From: Fibrobacteria bacterium
Lineage (GTDB): Bacteria; Fibrobacterota; Fibrobacteria; UBA5070
Direction: 5' to 3'
Length of the DNA: 64,000 nt
NCBI GenBank assembly: GCA_020633825.1
Contig: JACKCV010000001.1
Span: 74,610-138,609 of the forward strand
Every line of letters starts with the position of its first letter. Position 1 is the first letter of the stretch. Both the position numbers and the translations under genes were made by a program. Below the pieces are notes generated by a model. That model did no database searches and had not been told where the DNA came from. It saw nothing but the letters and a program-made list of their open reading frames with translations. Shown in pieces: positions 58,829 through 64,000 of the stretch.

Positions 58829-59416
58829 ATGCCCAAGCCCCACCGAATCCTGATTCTCGATGGCCATCCCGACGAAACGAGCCTGGGTCGCGCCCTGTCT
58901 CGTGCCTACCAGGAAGGGGCTCGTGCGTCCGGCGCGGAGACTCGCCATGTGGCGTTGGCGAATCTGGACTTCGATCCGATCCTGCGAGGGGGGTTCCATT
59001 CGAAGAACGCCCTGGAGCCCGATTTGGTCCAAGCCCAACAAGACATCCTATGGGCCGAACACATCGTATGGGTCCATCCCGTCTGGTGGAGCAACATCCC
59101 GGCCCTGATGAAGGGGTTCGTCGACCGGGTGTTCCTGCCGGGATACGCGTTTTCCTATTCGGGGGCGAGTCCCTTCCCACGGCAGCTCCTCAAGGGTCGG
59201 TCCTCGCGGATCATCTACACCCAGGACGCTCCGAACTGGTACTACCGGTGGTTCATCGGCCGACCCTCGGTCCGTTCCATGGCTTCGGGAGTCCTGAAAT
59301 TCTGCGGCATCTCTCCGGTGCGCCTCACCGACATCGGCCCCGTGAGGCGCTCCTCGGAGGAAAAACGAGCGGAATGGCTCCGCAAAGTCGAGCGACTGGG
59401 AATGGCCCGCGCCTGA
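58829..59416 (+). CDS. NAD(P)H-dependent oxidoreductase (flavodoxin-like fold, NQO/KefF-like)
   Basis: ORF 58829..59416. ILILDGHPDETSLGRAL...IVWVHPVWWSNIPALMKGFVDRVFLPGYAF. Divergent from the TetR gene. Confidence 0.8.
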   Translation: MPKPHRILILDGHPDETSLGRALSRAYQEGARASGAETRHVALANLDFDPILRGGFHSKNALEPDLVQAQQDILWAEHIVWVHPVWWSNIPALMKGFVDRVFLPGYAFSYSGASPFPRQLLKGRSSRIIYTQDAPNWYYRWFIGRPSVRSMASGVLKFCGISPVRLTDIGPVRRSSEEKRAEWLRKVERLGMARA

Positions 59417-59455
59417 GACTCCCGAAGGCGAAGACCGCGCCGCGATCTCGGAAGG

Positions 59456-60610
59456 TCAAGCCGCCTTGCGCCGGAAGGCGAACACGCTCGCGCCGAACAG
59501 GACGATGCCGATCGCCAGGAGTTTGAGGTACTCCGGCAGCAGGGTCATGGGGTCGGCCGACCGGATCGCCAAGGCGCGCACCATGTAGAGAAAGTGGCGC
59601 ACCGCGTTCCCTTCGGTCAGGTTCTGCATCCAGACCGGCATGCTTTCGAAAGGCAGCAGGAATCCGCTGGTGAGGATGAAGAAGATCAGGAAGAACCAGA
59701 TCAGGAACAGGGCCTGCTGCTGGGTGCCGGCGATGGTGCTCACCAGGATCCCCAAGCTGATGCTGGTCATCGCGTAGAGGGCCATCCCGATGGCCAATCC
59801 CGGAAGGTTCAGACCTCCCAAAGGGATCCGGAACCAGGTGCTGGCGATGAGGAATGCCAACCAGAAGACCACTTGGCTGAGGATCCAGTAGGGAAGCGCC
59901 TTCCCCAGGAGGATCTGGATGGGTCGGACCGGAGTCACCAGCAATTGCTCCAGGGTCCCGTTCTCCCGCTCGCGCACGATGCTGAAGGAGGTGAGAAGGG
60001 CTCCGACCATGGTGACCAGCAGGATGACCATCCCCGGAATCATGGACCAGGAGAATTCGAGCTCGGGGTTGAAGAGGATGCGATCCCGGATTTCCAGGGG
60101 CAGGAGCGTGCGCGCATCCATCCCCTGGGAGATCAGATCCTTCTCCAGACGTTCCTGGCCCCACTGGCCGAGGATCGCCGAAGCATAGGCCGCCGAAGTG
60201 GCCGCGGTCGCCGCATCCTGCCCATCGACGAGGATCTGGACCGGGGCGGCGGCCTCAGGGGGGCCTCCATCGACCTGGTTGTGTTCGAGGGAATGCTCGA
60301 AATCCGCCGGGATGACCAGGACCAGCGACAGATCCCCTCGGGTGAGGGCATGTCGGGCGGCTTCCGGGTCGGGGAGGTTCCCGTGGTCGATGAACCGTGC
60401 GTTGGACCGCAACCGATGCGAAACGGAAAGGCTGGAGCCGGAATGGTCGAGGTCCACGATTCCCATGGCGATCCCCCTCACGTCGCGGGTCATGGCGTAC
60501 CCCAGCACCAGGGTCTGCAGGATCGGAAGCATGAAAAGAAGCCGAAGGGAACCCGGGTCGCGCCGGATCTGGAGGAGCTCCTTGCGGAACAAGGCGAGGA
60601 AGCGGCGCAT
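59456..60610 (-). CDS. ABC-2 type transporter permease
   Basis: ORF 59456..60610. FRKELLQIRRDPGSLRLLFMLPILQTLVLGYA N-terminus, a large periplasmic loop, then 5 TM helices. Confidence 0.85.
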   Translation of the reverse strand: MRRFLALFRKELLQIRRDPGSLRLLFMLPILQTLVLGYAMTRDVRGIAMGIVDLDHSGSSLSVSHRLRSNARFIDHGNLPDPEAARHALTRGDLSLVLVIPADFEHSLEHNQVDGGPPEAAAPVQILVDGQDAATAATSAAYASAILGQWGQERLEKDLISQGMDARTLLPLEIRDRILFNPELEFSWSMIPGMVILLVTMVGALLTSFSIVRERENGTLEQLLVTPVRPIQILLGKALPYWILSQVVFWLAFLIASTWFRIPLGGLNLPGLAIGMALYAMTSISLGILVSTIAGTQQQALFLIWFFLIFFILTSGFLLPFESMPVWMQNLTEGNAVRHFLYMVRALAIRSADPMTLLPEYLKLLAIGIVLFGASVFAFRRKAA

Positions 60611-60611
60611 C

Positions 60612-61712
60612 TCAATGCTCCCGGGAAAAACGCAAGGAGGCGAGGGAAAGGATCAGGAGGGCCTGGCCCGCCAGGACCGTGATCGGGATCCAAAGGTCGC
60701 GGAGCGTGCTGGCCTTCAGGACGATGCCGCGGACGATCTGCAGATACCAGGTGGCCGGCACCACGTACGACAGAATCTGCAAGGGGGCCGGCTGGCTGGA
60801 GCGGGGGAAGACGAACCCGGAAAGCATGATCGTCGGCATCATCGTGATCCCCAGGGCCAGCAGCATGGCGTGCTGCTGTTTCTCCACGATGGTGCTGATC
60901 ATCAGCCCCATGGAAAGGGCGACCACCAGGTAGATCGCGGTGGTCCACGAGAGGAGTCCGAGGCTTCCCTGGGGGATCACGTCGAAGGCGAGTCTGCCCA
61001 CGACCATGATCAGCACGCCCGTCCCGGAGGCGATCAGGAAATAGGGGGCGAGTTTGCCGACCACGATCTCGCTGGCCGAAAGATCCGAGAGTTGGAGGTT
61101 GGCGCGGGTCCCGGTCTCCTTCTCGCGCACGATGGCGACGCTGGTGAGCAACGTCCCGATCATGGCCAGGATGGTGGCCATCAGTCCCGGGACGAAGAAC
61201 AAGGCGCTCTTCTGGTCGGGGTTGAACAGGAAGCGGGGTCCGGTTTCGATCAACCGGACCGGGTCGATGCCGTTGCGGGCGAAATGCTGGGTGCGGATGA
61301 AGGCGGGAAGGGCCGCCCGCAGGGTGGTTGCGGTTCCGGGATCGGAGCCGTCGATCAACACCGAGAAGAGGACCGGTCCGTCTTCCCGGTTGCGCGCCAT
61401 GTCGGCTTGGAGCACCACCACGGCTCGGGCGCGATGCCGCACCATCAGGGTCGCGGGGTCCCCCCCGGTCTCCACCGCGGCGACCTCGAACTGGAGGTTG
61501 CGATCGAGGGCGGCGCAGAAGGCCCGGGTCTCGTCGTCCGCACGGGGAGCGACCACCACCACCCGTGCGTCCTCGATCTCGCTCTTGAGCGCGTAGCCGA
61601 ACATGAACATCATCACCACCGGGAGGGAGAGGATGATGCCGAGGGTCTGCCCGTCCCGCAGCACATGGCGGAGTTCCTTGCGGGCGACGGTGAGGAGATG
61701 GCGTGGATTCAC
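60612..61712 (-). CDS. ABC-2 type transporter permease (paralogue)
   Basis: GTG 61712 (VNPRHLLTVARKELRHVLRDGQTLGIILSLPVVMMFMFGYA) in ORF 60612..62513. GTGA overlap with the upstream ATPase stop. Confidence 0.8.
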   Translation of the reverse strand: MNPRHLLTVARKELRHVLRDGQTLGIILSLPVVMMFMFGYALKSEIEDARVVVVAPRADDETRAFCAALDRNLQFEVAAVETGGDPATLMVRHRARAVVVLQADMARNREDGPVLFSVLIDGSDPGTATTLRAALPAFIRTQHFARNGIDPVRLIETGPRFLFNPDQKSALFFVPGLMATILAMIGTLLTSVAIVREKETGTRANLQLSDLSASEIVVGKLAPYFLIASGTGVLIMVVGRLAFDVIPQGSLGLLSWTTAIYLVVALSMGLMISTIVEKQQHAMLLALGITMMPTIMLSGFVFPRSSQPAPLQILSYVVPATWYLQIVRGIVLKASTLRDLWIPITVLAGQALLILSLASLRFSREH

Positions 61713-62467
61713 GATCGACGCGCCTTTCTGGCCAGGTCGAGGAAGACCTGTTGGAGGGTTTGGGCGGCGTGACGTCGTTTGAGTTCCCCCGGCGTCCCGA
61801 CATCGGCGACCCGGCCGTCGACCAGGAAACAGACGCGGTCGCAGTATTCGGCTTCGTCCATGTAGTGGGTGGTGACGAAGATGGTGGTGCCGCGGGACGC
61901 TTCGGAGCGGATGAGGTCCCAGAATTCGCGGCGGCTGAGGGGATCCACGGAGCCGGTGGGTTCGTCGAGGAACAGGATCGAAGGATGATGGGCGGTGGCG
62001 CAGGCGAGGCTGAGTCGTTGCTGCCACCCCCAGGGCAGGTCGCCGGTGCGCCGGTCGAGGAGCGGTTCGATCCCGGTGCGATGGGCCGCATCGCGCAGTC
62101 GTTCGGCGACTTGGCGACGGGGGATGTCGTACAGCTCCGCCGAAAGCCCCAGATTCTCGCGCAAGGTGAGGTCGGGGTAGAGCGAGAACTTCTGGCTCAT
62201 GTACCCGATGCGGGTGCGGATGCGCGAAGTCTCCCGGAGGATGTCGAACCCCGCAACCTCGCCTTCCCCGGAGGTCGGTTCGAGGAGTCCGCAGAGCATG
62301 CGCATGGCCGTGGTCTTGCCCGCGCCGTTGGCTCCGAGGAAGCCGTAGATCTCGCCGCGGCGGACTTCGATGTCGATTCCATCCACCGCCGTGAAGGTTC
62401 CGAATCGTCGCGTCAGGGCGCGGGTGCGGATGCTGAGGTCGGAGGAATTCGCCTCGGGAGTCTTCAT
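61709..62467 (-). CDS. ABC transporter ATP-binding protein
   Basis: ORF 61709..62467. Walker A GANGAGKTT and Walker B ILFLDEPTGSVD. Confidence 0.9.
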   Translation of the reverse strand: MKTPEANSSDLSIRTRALTRRFGTFTAVDGIDIEVRRGEIYGFLGANGAGKTTAMRMLCGLLEPTSGEGEVAGFDILRETSRIRTRIGYMSQKFSLYPDLTLRENLGLSAELYDIPRRQVAERLRDAAHRTGIEPLLDRRTGDLPWGWQQRLSLACATAHHPSILFLDEPTGSVDPLSRREFWDLIRSEASRGTTIFVTTHYMDEAEYCDRVCFLVDGRVADVGTPGELKRRHAAQTLQQVFLDLARKARRS

Positions 62468-63414
62468 GCCGGTTCCTCCATGTGCGCCAAGGCGTGGAGA
62501 AGGACGTCCTCAACGGTGGGTTCCACGGAATGGATTTCCGAGATCTCGAGGCCGCCGGTTTCCACGGCTTGCAACACCGCTTCGGGAGAGGTTTCCCGGG
62601 GGGCGAGCGCTCGGAGGTCCCCGCCCGAGGGATAGAGATCCAGCAAGGGAGGGGGGACGCAGGCGTCCACGCGCACGGCCAAGGCCTTCGGTCCGTGGAG
62701 TCGCCAGAGCCTTCCGGGGAGCGTCGAGCCGAGGGCGGCGGGGCTTCCCTGTGCGAGGATCCGCCCTTTGTGCACCAAGGCCACGTGCTGGCATCTTTCC
62801 GCCTCGTCCATGTACGGGGTGGAGACGAGGATGGTGGTTCCGGAGTCGCGCAGGCGGCCGAGCATGTCCCAGAAATCCACGCGCGTGACGGGATCGACGC
62901 CGACGGTGGGTTCGTCCAGGAGGAGAAGCGGGGGTTTGCGCACGAGAGCGCAGCAGAGGGCGAGCTTCTGCTTCATGCCCCCCGACAGATTCCGCGCCGG
63001 CCGCTCCACGGCCGATTCCAGTCGCGAGAAGGACACGAGTTCGTCGAAGACGGATCTTGCCGCGGTTCCCCGCAACCCCACGATGTCGGAGGCGAACTGG
63101 AGGTTCTCGCGCACGGAGAGGTCCCCGTAGAGGGAGAACCTCTGGGGCATGTACCCGATGCGGGATCGAATCTCCGGTCTGCCCTTGGAGACATCGACTC
63201 CCAGCACCTCGACCGATCCCTTCCGGGGCGGAAGCAAGGTGGCGAGGATCTGGAACAAGGTGGATTTCCCGGCGCCATCGGCGCCCACCAGGCCGTACAG
63301 GGATCCGGGAGGAACCGAGAGGGAAATTCCCCGCAACGCCTGCTCCCCTGCGTGGTCGTGGTGGAGATCCTCCACCTTCACCAGCGGGCGGTCGGCCGGC
63401 GACGGGAGGATCAT
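62464..63414 (-). CDS. ABC transporter ATP-binding protein (second ATPase)
   Basis: ATG 63414 in ORF 62464..63576. Walker A GADGAGKST, signature LSGGMKQKLAL, Walker B LLLLDEPTVGVD. Confidence 0.88.
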   Translation of the reverse strand: MILPSPADRPLVKVEDLHHDHAGEQALRGISLSVPPGSLYGLVGADGAGKSTLFQILATLLPPRKGSVEVLGVDVSKGRPEIRSRIGYMPQRFSLYGDLSVRENLQFASDIVGLRGTAARSVFDELVSFSRLESAVERPARNLSGGMKQKLALCCALVRKPPLLLLDEPTVGVDPVTRVDFWDMLGRLRDSGTTILVSTPYMDEAERCQHVALVHKGRILAQGSPAALGSTLPGRLWRLHGPKALAVRVDACVPPPLLDLYPSGGDLRALAPRETSPEAVLQAVETGGLEISEIHSVEPTVEDVLLHALAHMEEPA

Positions 63415-64000
63415 TCCCAGACTTCCACGGGCAGGCCGCGCTTGAGGATCCCCTGGGGGTTGGCGGCCAGCGCGCGGCAACGGAAGACGAGTTCGTTGCG
63501 CGACGCCCGGGTCTGCACCCCCTTGGGGGTGAACTCTGCCTCGTCGGAGATCCAGGACAGGCGCGCGGTCGTCCACGATTCCCCGGTGTCGGAATCGAGG
63601 CGCAGGCGCAGGATCTGGTGCAGCTTGAGCCGGGAGAGCACGGGTTGGGCGACGAAGAATTCGGCCCAGAGGGTGTCGGTGCGTCCGATTTCCAGGACGG
63701 GCCGCCCCGGAATCGCCGCTTCGCCGGCGTTGCGGTAGCGCGCGGTGACGGTTCCCGTGGTCGGGGACGCCAGGGTGCAGCGTCGGATCTGGTCCTCGAG
63801 GGAATTCATCTGGGCGGAGAGGACCACGCCCTTGGCCTTCAAGGCGGCGATCGCCGAGCGCGACGCGGCCAACCGGGCCTTGGAGGTGGCCAGCTGGGTT
63901 TGCATCTCGTCGGAGGTCCTGCTCGGGGCCGCGCCGTCGGCCACGAGGGAGGTCGCGCGGGATGCCTCCCGTTCGACGCCCTTGTGGGCCGCCTCCAGGA
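63411..64000 (-). CDS. HlyD-family efflux adaptor (N-terminus beyond the right window edge)
   Basis: ORF 63411..63944 extends to the window end. A coiled-coil is followed by the beta-barrel block ASPTTGTVTARYRNAGEAAIPGRPVLEI...LRLRLDS. Its stop overlaps the ATPase ATG. Confidence 0.8.
   Translation of the reverse strand, partial: LEAAHKGVEREASRATSLVADGAAPSRTSDEMQTQLATSKARLAASRSAIAALKAKGVVLSAQMNSLEDQIRRCTLASPTTGTVTARYRNAGEAAIPGRPVLEIGRTDTLWAEFFVAQPVLSRLKLHQILRLRLDSDTGESWTTARLSWISDEAEFTPKGVQTRASRNELVFRCRALAANPQGILKRGLPVEVWE

Overview
This is a high-G+C bacterial chromosomal segment with about 65 protein genes, one intact tRNA and one IS element. A TIGR02147-family gene and basic C-terminal tails on glycanases hint at a Fibrobacterota/FCB-like lineage, but I cannot verify that. 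The flanks are ordinary. The left side carries a TetR plus MacB-type ABC exporter, a beta-1,3-glucan locus (TIGR02147 gene, GH16-like lipoprotein, GH81), gpx, ettA, and a tightly coupled hisE-hisG-plsC-fmt-rsmB string. The right side carries a YCII/ECF-sigma pair, an AraC-GyrI regulator, an rsmA-linked outer-membrane/lipoprotein/RCC1 surface cluster, fur, satP, a hybrid histidine kinase, rfbA and an ABC-2/HlyD exporter. The centre (about 20.98-36.1 kb) is an accessory island beside an initiator tRNA-fMet gene. The tRNA is followed by three decaying tRNA-derived repeat units, two of which carry two structured inserts. Next comes a Type I restriction-modification operon (hsdM, hsdS, hsdR) that holds extra enzymes inside it. 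These are a class II Fic protein between M and S; a NucS/DUF91-like PD-(D/E)XK nuclease with an unrecognised N-terminal domain, a small ORF and a zeta-toxin-like P-loop protein between S and R; and an M48/DUF45 Zn-peptidase coupled to hsdR. A complete IS66-family element with 23-bp inverted repeats and an 8-bp target duplication has inserted into the 3' end of the zeta-like gene. No integrase or CRISPR array is visible. The nested hsdS-hsdR cassette and the tRNA-derived repeat array are my best candidates for something not yet described. All domain calls come from reading motifs by eye; no searches were run.
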